From: Octopus vulgaris
Taxonomy: Eukaryota
NCBI GenBank assembly: GCA_951406725.2
Contig: OX597823.1
Location: 44,888,001-44,952,000, forward strand
Length of the DNA stretch: 64,000 bases
Direction of reading: 5' to 3'
Made by a program: the position numbers and the translations under genes. Positions 1 to 10,862 of the stretch are shown piece after piece. Within the stretch, counting starts at the first letter, position 1; every line of letters starts with the position of its first letter. The notes under the pieces were generated by a model, which had not been told where the DNA came from, did not search any database, and saw only the letters and a list, made by a program, of their open reading frames with translations.

Positions 1-1310
1 TTTTGCTTTCTTAGTTATTCCCCCACCCCACTCTTGTCCAACCAATGATGACTAAACTCTGCGCAAATATGAAGTATGTCCTTCAAGTGTGTCTGGCTCC
101 AATGATAATCCTTTGTTGAGCCAACAGCTTGAACATACACTGTTTTAAGAGTGTTCTGAGGTAATATGCTAATCATATCAATATTAAGTATTTAAAAAAA
201 TGTTAAATGTTACACTGAAGCCACAATGGATTTTGCCACAATTGTCATGATTTTTAGTTAGCAACTTCAGAAGAAATATAAGGAATTACATCAGGACTGT
301 TTGTGAAACTGTTAAAAGTATTGAACATTGTATACAGAGAACGTGCTGAGTGTTCAACAATGGTTATTCACTCAAATTTAGGAAACTTTGTTAGATCATG
401 AAAAAGATGATAGCCCAAGTTGTTTTTGGAGGGTAGCCATCTGGGCCTTTTGGGCTCATGTTGACAACTGCACTGTTTAATACCTTCCTCATCTGTACGA
501 CCATGCTGCTGTACATATAATGGAAATGGAGGTGATTCGAAGTGAACCTTTTCAACGTCAGAGAAATGCAAGGTACCAACAAGTTAACAACTGAATAGTT
601 CATTGAACTACATTAGTCTGATGATAGTGTTTTCAGTGTTCACACTTCAGAAGCACTATAAGCCACCATAGCAACCATTACATTTTATGGAAAAAATGGG
701 CCTGATAGTTAACTTCCACAAGCAGACCATTTGTGAATGGTACACTGTATCCCCACAACACACCTGCTTATTCACTTTCTCAATACAACAGCAACAAGAA
801 GCTATATCTTCCTTTCTAATTCCCATACTTGAACATTATCATTTCTAGTGAATGCTTAACTACTATCTACTGGACAGTCTGTATTTTCACTCTTCTGTCT
901 AGGTGTTAGTCATGGACTTCATACAGCTGATACATTGAAACAGTGGAAATCTTTTACATCCAATGTCTGTTGAAGATCTTTTTACTCACCTGTTTAAAAA
1001 AAGAATTATGTACATGCAAATCTAACACCAGCAGCATTGAATCCACCCTAAATCATCTTCTATAATCAACTGTCTCTTCTACTTATTCAACTGAATTGTG
1101 CAATTTGTTTTTCTAATTTACTCTTTCAGTCACTTTCTTTCCTTTGGAAGTTTTCTTACCTCTTTGCCTCTCTTAGTTTTTTTTTCCCCTCTTGTTGCAA
1201 CCAATGATGACTAAACTCTGCGCAAATATGAAGTATGCTCATCAACTATGTCTGGCTTCAATGAGCCAACAGCTGGGGCATACAGTGTCTTGAGAGTGCT
1301 CTGAGGTAAT
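1..1310 (+). repeat. Pair of diverged direct repeats of about 150-165 bp (1-165 and about 1160-1310)
   Basis: Both copies share caaccaatgatgactaaactctgcgcaaatatgaagtatg...gagccaacagct...gagtg(t/c)tctgaggtaat. Confidence 0.85.
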
Positions 1311-2385
1311 GCTGCAACATATTCCCTATACTTTTACCAAAGGAGAAACAATGCTATTATTTCTTAGTGAACCTATTAGAAAAGATAATAGTTCTGGTTT
1401 ATCTTTTCAGTATTTTGTATTGCAGCACAATATCAAGTGTGTATAATGTGTGTGTGTGATAAGTGAACGAACAGTTTTCCACTACTACCCTTGTTCTTTA
1501 AATCAAATTTCTTTGTTAAAAATTGTATTGTAGATAGTTGTTTACTCAAATATATTTTCTTTCTTTCTACATTTCCTCATTAATTGGTTCTGACCAGTTT
1601 GCAGCAGTATTGTCACAAAAACAAATTTACTCTAGTAAAGTTGAGTCAGTTTTTTGTTTTTTTATATTTTTGAAGAAAATCAAGATGTTGTTAGAGAGAA
1701 GCATGTATTGAGTGATATTAATGCATTTACCCTCATGGGTTCCATAATGGAAATGAGATGTTCATTGAAGAGAACATGCAAAAAGATCAAGCTCCAATCT
1801 GATCTGGCAGAGTTTCTACAGCTGTATGCCCTTCCTAATGCCAACCACTCTGAGAGTGTAGTGGGTGCTTATACATGCCACTGGCACGAGGGCCAGTCAG
1901 GCGGTACTGGCAATGGCCACGCTCAAATGGTGTTTTTTATGTGCCACCTGCTCAGGAGATAATTTTGTTAATTAGCTAACCTAATTAACTGGCAGTGAGT
2001 GTTCTGAAAGCATAGTTGCAAGAATAAAAACTGAGTGGAAAATGTGTTTAGAGCTATTCTGCTGCAAAAATTAAAAAGTACAAATGATCCCTCTAGGTTA
2101 GCAGTAATTCCCAATAACAACTGACTCAGACTCTGGTGACTCACCCAACCTTTGACAGCATGGAAAAGCAGATTTAAAATGATGATGATGGCAATGGAAA
2201 GTATTAAGAAATAGTTAAAAGGCTAAAATCCTGTTATCTTTAATTTATTCCTCTCTTGATTTCTGACTTTGTAAGCTTATTGCTGCCTAAGACCATGGAA
2301 ATTTTAGCTGTAATAAGCAATTAATGTTTTGTAACTCTTGAAATTTTGTATTGCCTATTTTTTAATATTTCATCTTATTTTGTAG

Positions 2386-3070
2386 GGTGACCGGGCTGGT
2401 ATTTGTGTGACACAGTTTGATCCTAAACACCTTGAGCGTGGCCTTGTGTGTTCTCCAGGTTCCCTACCTACTATTTATGCTGGAATAATCTTTGTAAAGA
2501 AGATCCCTTACTACAAAGGAACTGTATCCACTAATGCCAAGTTCCATATAACAATGGGTCATGAAACTATCATGGCCCATGTCACATTTTTTGGCACTGA
2601 AAGTGCTTATGAACAAGATAATACTTTAGATATTTCAAAAGAATATAATTACCAAGAAGAATTATTAGAAAAGCAACCCCAACAGCCCAATCTCTGTCAA
2701 TATGCTCTCTTGGAATTTGAAAAGCCCATTACTTGTTTGGCATCCTGTCTAGTGATTGGCTCCAAACTTGACAGTGATATCAATGCCAATGTGTGCCGGA
2801 TTGCATTCCATGGACAACTATTAACTTATTACACTGACTCAAAGTACAAAGAGAGTAAACTATCAGAACTGAAGATATTTAAAATCAAGTCCAGGGAAGG
2901 TAGGATCGAACGAGTTACTGATGCTCATTCACTAATTGGCAAGGATTTATTCAAGAAAGAAACAAATATACAAGCCTTTGCCAACCTCAAAGTAACATTA
3001 TCAAGTGGCGAGAATGGAATTATTGAGGGCAGTTTTGGTCAAAGTGGCAAAGTAAAAATCCGTATTCCAA
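2386..3070 (+). CDS. EEFSEC: Selenocysteine-specific elongation factor (eEFSec), penultimate coding exon; upstream exons lie outside the window
   Basis: Acceptor ttattttgtAG|GGTGACCGG at 2385/2386 and donor CCAA|GTAAGT at 3070/3071. The translation GDRAGICVTQFDPKHLERGLVCSPG...KFHITMGHET...GSKLDSDINANVCRIAFHG...GIIEGSFGQSGKVKIRIP matches recalled eEFSec domain II-IV motifs. Confidence 0.93.
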
Positions 3071-3409
3071 GTAAGTAAACCTTTTTTTTCTTAAATATAT
3101 TCTTTACAATGACAGCTTCATATTTCCAAATATCACCAACACATTTCTTAAGACTAATTAAGGACAAAGGAATTGTTTATACCATTTTTCTAAAATTATT
3201 GTACAGATAAAGATAAAATGGTTGAGAGTACAAAGCAAATAGTGATAGGCAACTAGTCTGAGGGATTTTTTTTATTTTACTGTCAGCTCTACTGTCTTTA
3301 AAAATATGGCTACCTGTATTTTTAATGTACTGTACAATTTAGTAGATATAACACAAGGGCTAAGCTCAGCATTCATTTATTGAGATTCAAGCACCAAAGT
3401 ATACTCTCT

Positions 3410-3813
3410 TTTTTTTACTCTTTTATTTGTTTCAGTCATCTGACTGCGGCCATGCTGGAGCACCGCCTTCAGCCGAGCAAATCGACCCCGGGACTTATTA
3501 TTTGTAAGCCCAGTACTTATTCTATCGGTCTCTTTTGCCGAACCGCTAAGTGACGGGGACGTAAACACACCAGCATCGGTTGTCAAGCAATGCTAGGGGG
3601 ACAAACACAGATACACAAACACACACACACACATACATATGTATATATATACACGACAGGCTTCTTTCAGTTTCCGTCTACCAAATCCACTCACAAGGCA
3701 TTGGTCGGCCCGGGGCTATAGCAGAAGACACTTGCCCAAGATGCCACGTAGTGGGACTGAACCCGGAACCATGTGGTTGGTTAGCAAGCTACTTACCACA
3801 CAGCCACTCCTGC
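3410..3813 (-). mobile_element. tRNA-derived SINE, family A, near full length with internal (CA)n/(TA)n
   Basis: The minus-strand head GCAGGAGTGGCTGTGTGGTAAG...GGTTCAGTCCC has Pol III A/B-box-like motifs. Many homologous copies occur in the window. Confidence 0.85.
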
Positions 3814-5589
3814 GCATCTCACTTTTATTGAATTATCTTCTTTCTCTTCTACTTATGTTATTATTTCACTGTAATTAAGGGAGGAGTGAGTCAGTAGTTT
3901 ATCAAGGGGAGCTACAGTGCCAACTCTGCGATACTAGCCCCAATTCCTGAATTAAGAAACTGTCAGTCAATTCATCTTGGCCATCATTGTTTGGTGTAAA
4001 ATATTATCATTTAATTTTTGTCTTCCCCATACATGCAAGTTGCTGTTCTTCATTGACCCCTTCCTATGCTTTCCTCTGCTACAGGGTCCCTCCAGATGGC
4101 ACTCCTTTATCTAATTATCATCCTTCACATTATCACATCTCCATACTCATGTAGAATTATTTCTTGTACATTATAGTTGATTCAAATTAACAAAATTCTG
4201 GATATAACAGAATTGAAGAAGGGAAAGAGTAATGCTAAAGGTTCATTTATGATGGTGCAAAAACTCTGAAACAAAATATCATTATTTACAAATCACTTTA
4301 GCAAAAGGAATGGTAATTCAGGCAATATCTTTTTATATTCCTCCCAGTATATTACTGGTATTGCCATCACATGAAGGAAAAGTAAAATCATAATTAAAAT
4401 TTCAAATCAGTTTCTCATCTAAGTTTTTTTTGTTTTTGAAGATAAGTTCTAAGAACATTACCAACATAAATTCAGACAAGGAATCGAATTTGGGTTTGCA
4501 TTTCATTTTACTAACAGTTTTAAAAGATTTCATCATTTGCCACATACTTCCATATAAATAATTTCTTACATCAGCACATATTCCTATATTGGAGTAAATA
4601 GTGATACTTAAAGGAAGTAATATAGTTAAGAATAACAAAAATCAATGTGTGAAAATGATTTCTTGATATCTTTTGAAATTCTTACTCAGTATATGTATTT
4701 AAGCTGACTATATCTGGCCAAAATATTCTACCTGTTTTATGTTCAGACCAGCTAGTTCAGGCCTTTCACAACTATCCTACAAAGTCAATTCCAAAATAAA
4801 CAATTAATTGAAAACGATGTGAATAAATAAGCAATACATTATAGTCTGAATGCTAAAGAGTTAAATTCTCAGTTTGTTAATTCTTTCTCTGGGTGTTGAA
4901 CAACAAGCAAGAATAAAATTTTAGAATTGGATTGTTTAGAAGACCTTCATCTGTGGGATCTGTATCTCTCGTGCCACTTGGTTTTCCAGATGAGAAAAGT
5001 GATTAGGGAGTCACCTTGACTCTTTCATTATTGCTGTTTGTGTTATCTTAGAAAATGTTGGTAGATTTAAAAATCTCATCAAAATTAAGATATTCATTGT
5101 CCTGGTGCCATGTTAAAAACACTGGTGCCACATAAAAGACACCCTGTACACTGTGAAGTGTTTGGCATTAGGAAGGGCATCTAGCTATAGAAACTATGCC
5201 AGAACAGACAATGGAGCTTGATGTGGCCCTCTGGCATTACCAGCTTTGGTCAAATCATCCAACCCATGGCAGCATGGACAACTAATGTTGAATGATGACG
5301 ATGGTGATCTAAATTAAAAATCAATTCCTGGTTGAATGGTAGGTTTGAAATAGCCTCAGTAGGGTTTTTTTTTCTATTAAACCTGAACAATATATTTTAC
5401 CTGTTGTTTATCTTTGAATATTCAATGATGAACGAAGAATAGGAACCATATATGATTTGGGGGAATATGTGATGTAGTGGCTGAAGAGGCTCTCATGCCT
5501 AGAATAATTTCTAAGCATGGTTCTGACTCATGTTGGTCTCCTTAATACTTCAGAGTAGTGAGAATTATCTCAATGTCATAATCCTGTCA

Positions 5590-7330
5590 AACTTACTATT
5601 CCATGCTGGCATGGGTTGAACGGTTTGGCAGGGCCCAATGAACTAGAGGACTGTATTCAGCCACAGTGTCTGCTTTGATGTAGTTTCTACGGCTGTATAC
5701 TCTTCCTAATATCAACCACTTTATAGAGTGCACTCTTTTTTTTCTCATGTCACAGAAACTTGTGAGGTCACCAATTTACTTAAAAGGCATGGAATTTGAA
5801 AGAAAGTGATTGCACGGGAGAGGGGAGGTAACTTCTAGCATTAAGGTGGTGTTGAAATATGAAAAAATTCTGCTCTCATGATTACAGTAGCTGAATAGTG
5901 CCATAGTTAGAGGAATGGAAGGATGCATGCTAGGAAGATGAGAGGTGATAATGGGTTAGGGATAAGCTTGGAGGAATCAGATCAAGCGCAGAGACGGGAC
6001 CTAGTGAGTACATAGATATACGCTATTCTTTTAGGACTTTCAATGTGTCAAATGGGTCTTCTTGAGCACAGTGAGTCATCAATCATCTTCGTCCTTTGTC
6101 ATCTTCTCTAAGAGACTCAGTCTGAAGATCAGCCGTCTCTGCTTCATCCCATGTCTTCTTGGGTTTCCCTCTCTCTTCTGCAAGTTCAATTCACATTTAA
6201 GCAATCAACAGTTCTTTATACAGCTGTTTTTATCCATACTCATTACATGACCATACCACTTATGCCCAATATTTCTCTCAACACATTTGCTGTTTGTCAT
6301 ACATTGCACTTCCTACAGGGCATAATAGTTTCATTACTTCCTGGTCTTCACATATCCTCTGCATTCAAGGCTTACATCTCATTACCATGTATGTAACATT
6401 GCTGTTTGTATACAAGCATCATACAATCTACTTTTCACTCTGACCAGAGAGTCCTTTTGTAACCAACAGAGGTAATAACTCAAGACTTTCTCCATCCTGT
6501 TCTTATTTTAGTTACCATATACTATCTCCAGGAAACCATCTGGGCTTTTGAGAAAATCTATTTCGTGTGTGTTCTTAGTGTTTATTGCTTTTATGCATCT
6601 GCCACATACAAAGTCTACTTTCTCCTTTAAACTTCTCATGATTTCACTGCACTTCTTGTGGGTCCCTAGCTTGCACTGGGTACACTGTGTGGAATTTCTA
6701 ACCACTTCTTTCCTTCACTTCAACCAGAGCTATTTTCATGAAAGGATTAGTGGTTTGTCTGCTCTCTTAAGCTTAAAGCCCTTTGATTCCAGGTTTTGCT
6801 TCTACTCTTGGAATTTCATTTCTAATTCTACTACACAGTCTGCTATAAGATCAAAGTTCTTAGGATATAGTAGTTCCCAAGGGCAACTAGTATTAAATTC
6901 CTTCTGTTATAGCCTGGAGGATTATGACTGAGAGAGGATTGTAAACTGAATCCTGGTGTACTCCTGGATGCACATTATAATCATTGTTGTACTTGTTAAC
7001 TCTTACATTACTGATGTACCCCTGTACATGGCTTGTAGGGCTCTCAGAAGACATTTAATCTTCCCCTAACTTCCTCAGAGACCACCACATCACCAGATTC
7101 TGTGAAAGGCTTGGCTTATTTTTAACTAAATACTTCTGCAGTTAATCTTATTAGAAAGAGGGTAGCAGTAACACTCTGGCATAAAATCAAACTGCATCTC
7201 ATCTAATCTAATTCTCTTCTTAATTAATTGGGCTATAACTTTTCTGTAACTTTCATGACCTGGCCCAGTAGCTTGATATCTTTGTAATTCTCTCTTAGAT
7301 ATCCTTATCCTTGTAACACTTGACTACCAT
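5590..7330 (-). mobile_element. Decayed RTE-clade LINE fragment (RT region plus 3' end)
   Basis: Broken minus-strand ORFs (NSTQCTQCKLGTHKKCS...FVCGRC) are homologous to the element at 47555-50067. Confidence 0.75.
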
Positions 7331-7496
7331 CAGTTGTTGGGGTATGTGTGCTAGTTTATCATCTTATCCTATGTTTGTGTCGACAACTAGAATTAATCAT
7401 TTGGTTGCACAGAAATAGCAATAAGTCTATAAAAAAAGTATCTGGCTCCTCACAATACATGAATTAAAAGTATATATATATATATATATATATATT

Positions 7497-7649
7497 TTTA
7501 TTTTAAGCAGCAGAAAATTCAACAAAATCTGTTACTCTGAGTTTCTCGTTGCGTTCATCAGACAGTTTTTGCTAGAATTCTAGCAAAAACTGTCTGATGA
7601 ACGCACAGACTCAGATCGATTTTGTTGAATTTTCTGCTCTTAAAATAAA
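7497..7649. repeat. Long inverted repeat with a perfect 56-bp palindrome (7550-7605)
   Basis: tgcgttcatcagacagtttttgctagaa|ttctagcaaaaactgtctgatgaacgca. The outer arms (about 7497-7529 and 7618-7649) also pair. Confidence 0.92.
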
Positions 7650-8258
7650 GCATATTACTCTACCACTGGTATTTGAGTACTCTTTTTCCACCTTGTTTCA
7701 CATTTATGTGTTTACTCCGGTATATATATATATATATATATATGAGTTATTATATACATATATATAATAGTATATATGAATCATGATTTGTCTTTAAAAG
7801 AATTTCTGAATTTTAACATGAAGAGAGAAAATGCTGATTTGGCAACCAAAAAAGATTGTGATGTCAAATTTTTTATTAATTCTAGATATTTATGGATGTA
7901 GAATTAATCTGATTTATAGAACTTGCCTACTTCTTACCAGTCAGAAGCTAAATGAAATCTAACTTTTTGTAGTCCTTTGGGTGTCTTCAAACAAATCATT
8001 TTGAAGTCACACAAATACATGCACAGCACCTATATATATTGTAACCTTCTTTGTGAAGAGATCAATTACTGTGTAACCAGCTTTCTTTTATTTTCATAGT
8101 CTAAAAAGTACCTTTATCTTGACATTTTGCTCTCACCTGGATGATGCTCTATAAAATGACCTCAGTAATCACTTCAGACATTTAGTTGATTTGTTTTCTT
8201 TTATATATGTATGTGTGTGTGTATATACATATATTTATTTGTTTACATATTATTGCAG

Positions 8259-8419
8259 ATGGTTTGAGTGAGGAAGTCCTTCAGAGATATTCCGGTTCAA
8301 AGAAGAAGGGAAAAACTGCTGAGGCTGCTTCACCTGGAGCAGATCAAGAACCAGTGAAGATCATTTTATCATTTAAACGATATATTTTTGATCCAAAGAA
8401 AAAAATGATACAGTCATGA
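8259..8419 (+). CDS. EEFSEC: eEFSec terminal coding exon
   Basis: Acceptor tattgcAG|AT at 8258/8259 completes a phase-1 codon (A+AT=Asn). It translates GLSEEVLQRYSGSKKKGK...VKIILSFKRYIFDPKKKMIQS*, containing the KRY(V/I)F C-terminal motif of eEFSec, with TGA at 8417-8419. Confidence 0.9.
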
Positions 8420-9282
8420 CACAAAGGATAAAGTGTCTTCTAGAGAGACTTGTTTATGTTTGTGTGAATTTTCTCCAGCAAATGCTTTTGCATCTATTTT
8501 TAAAAATATGTTAGGCACTATTCCTCAACCTCACACTCAATGTTCACTTTGAATTTTTGCTGAGTGATATCTTTTGAGAAAATGAGGTTGGTTATGGGGT
8601 CTGGTGTCAGAAATAATGGTTCAGTTATTGTATTTTTTTGGTGAAGCAGTAAAGAATAACGATGGCTGTGGAATTGATATATATTTGCTAGTTGAGAAGA
8701 GCAAGAACTATGTTAACAACAGTAAAAGAGATGGGAAGATGATGATACTGTTGTTGTTTTTTGTTTGCGTGTATGTGTGTATGTTTTGACCGGTGTATAA
8801 TGTATATTTGCAATGTTGCTGCTTTGTTTCAAATAGAATGCAATATGCCGATGCAATTGAACTTTGTTGAAGGTGAGCACTTGATTATAGCCAGAATATT
8901 TTCTGTTACTAGAGAGGAATCTTTGTCTTTAAGATGCAGTTTTTTAACTATGTTATTGATTTGTAGTTGTTGTGAGAGATAATCAAGTTGAAAATGTTTG
9001 TTATGGTTTTTAGTTGAGGATTTGAGAAAGTCTAGTTTTATATTTCTTTTAGCTGTCTATTGATGATGTTAGAGGACAGTAAGATGCAAAGTTCCTATCT
9101 GAAAGATGTTTGCAAGGCTTTTATTCATGGGGCAGTGAATTTAGTTTTTATATGGATGATGTATGTTCAAAAGGCTTTTGAGGAGTGAAATGAGGGGTTT
9201 GTCACAATATGAATATGTTTAACTGGAGATAATGCTGATTGATCTTAAAAGATACTACTAATGTGATAGAGGGTAGGATTGA

Positions 9283-9512
9283 GGGTGGCGACCTGGCAGA
9301 AATGATAGCATGCCGGGTGAAATGCTTAGTGGTATTTCATCTGCTGTTACATTCTGAATTCAAATTCTGCCATGGTCGACTTTTCCTTTCATCCTTTTGG
9401 GGTCAATAAATTAAGTACCAGTTACACACTGGGGTCAATGTAATCGACTTAATCCCTTTGTCTGTCCTTGTTTGTCCCCTCTATGTTTAGCCCCTTGTGG
9501 GCAATAAAGAAA
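9283..9512 (+). mobile_element. tRNA-derived SINE, family B
   Basis: ggtggcgacctggcagaa...gaattcaaattc (B-box-like)...gccccttgtgggcaataaagaaat. Homologs at 17408-17602(-), 32670-32855(-), 44965-45165(+) and 46915-47075(-). Confidence 0.8.
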
Positions 9513-10474
9513 TGAGAGGGTAGGATTCTGGTTGATTTGACTCTACACAGAACATACATACATCTATTTTGTCCACTGCCTGCAGTAGCCTTATCACACA
9601 CTTCTTCATTAAACCTTGCTTCTGTTGCCATGTACACATTCTTGGTCTCAGCATCATTTCACATCATTTTCATATACAATTCTATCCTTTAATGTTCTCA
9701 TGTTACTTCAACAATTCATTATTTTCTTCATCCAAGTGTCTTACGTGCTGCAACATTCACCCCATCAATAACAAACAGGATTACCTGAGGCTCTTTATTT
9801 GTATCTTCTTTACCACTTCAATCCAGAACTTTCCTTGTTTGGCAGTCTTAATATTGAGCTTAAAGATTTCTTGGAAACAAAACCCACAAATTCTGTTGAT
9901 CCATCCATCCAGTCTCTGATTCTGTCCATACTTCTGATACCCATTATATGCTGCTGCTATAATCATTCTGAGGAATGAATCTTTCTCAAACTCGGAGCAA
10001 ACCAGGCTTGGGCTTTGTCTCCTTCGCAGGGAGACTAATTTCAAGGTACACATCAACACCAAATGTTTCCTTTGTCAGAACTATCTGAAAGCTTTCATCC
10101 ACAGCAGGAAAACTGGAATGCCTGACAGGACAACTTTACTGACAAATTTTCACTTTCCTCATATCTTTGTTAACCAGTCAATATCCGTATGTAAACAAAT
10201 GCTATAGCAATCTGAATTTGTTCAATTTCAAAAAACAACCCAAGTATTTTCAATGTTCACACATCTGAAATTGCTGCACCCTGCAGCTGAGATAATATTG
10301 GCCTCAAAAAAGCAATAAAAATGGTACTATGCTGGTCTGGCAAATTGACCTACAGGAAAGAAGCCTTACATTACATTCACAACCTATTCTATTTAGAATT
10401 ATCTAGGATTCAGCCAGAAGCTAATATTGGGATTTTTTTCTGTTTGGTTGCACCTGTGGAAATTTCAAAGATTA

Positions 10475-10671
10475 CTCTTTTACATTTCAGTCATTTGACT
10501 GTGACCATGCTGGAGCACTGCCTTTAGCCGAGCAAGTTGACCCCAGGATTTATTCTTTGTAAGCCTAGTATTTATTCTATCGGTCTCTTTTGCCAAACCG
10601 GTAAGTTACGGGGACGTAAACACACCAGCATCGGTTGTCAAGCGATGTTGGGGGGACAGACACAAAAACAT

Positions 10672-10702
<31 letters not shown>

Positions 10703-10862
10703 CACGACGGGCTTCTTTCAGTTTCGGTCTACCAAATCCACTCACAAGGCTTTGGTTGGCCCGAGGCTATAGTAGAAGACACTTGCCCAAGGTGCCATGC
10801 AGTGGGACTGAACCCGGAACCATGTGGTTTGCAAGCAAGCTACTTACCACACAGCCACTCCT
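10475..10862 (-). mobile_element. SINE family A copy
   Basis: Colinear and highly similar to 3410-3813. Confidence 0.85.

Noticed and set aside
3580-3878. Recurrent similar ORFs (RASFSFRLPNPLTR...GTEPGTMW) at 3639, 10537 and 54867, suggesting a gene family
   Set aside because: All are antisense translations of SINE family A copies.
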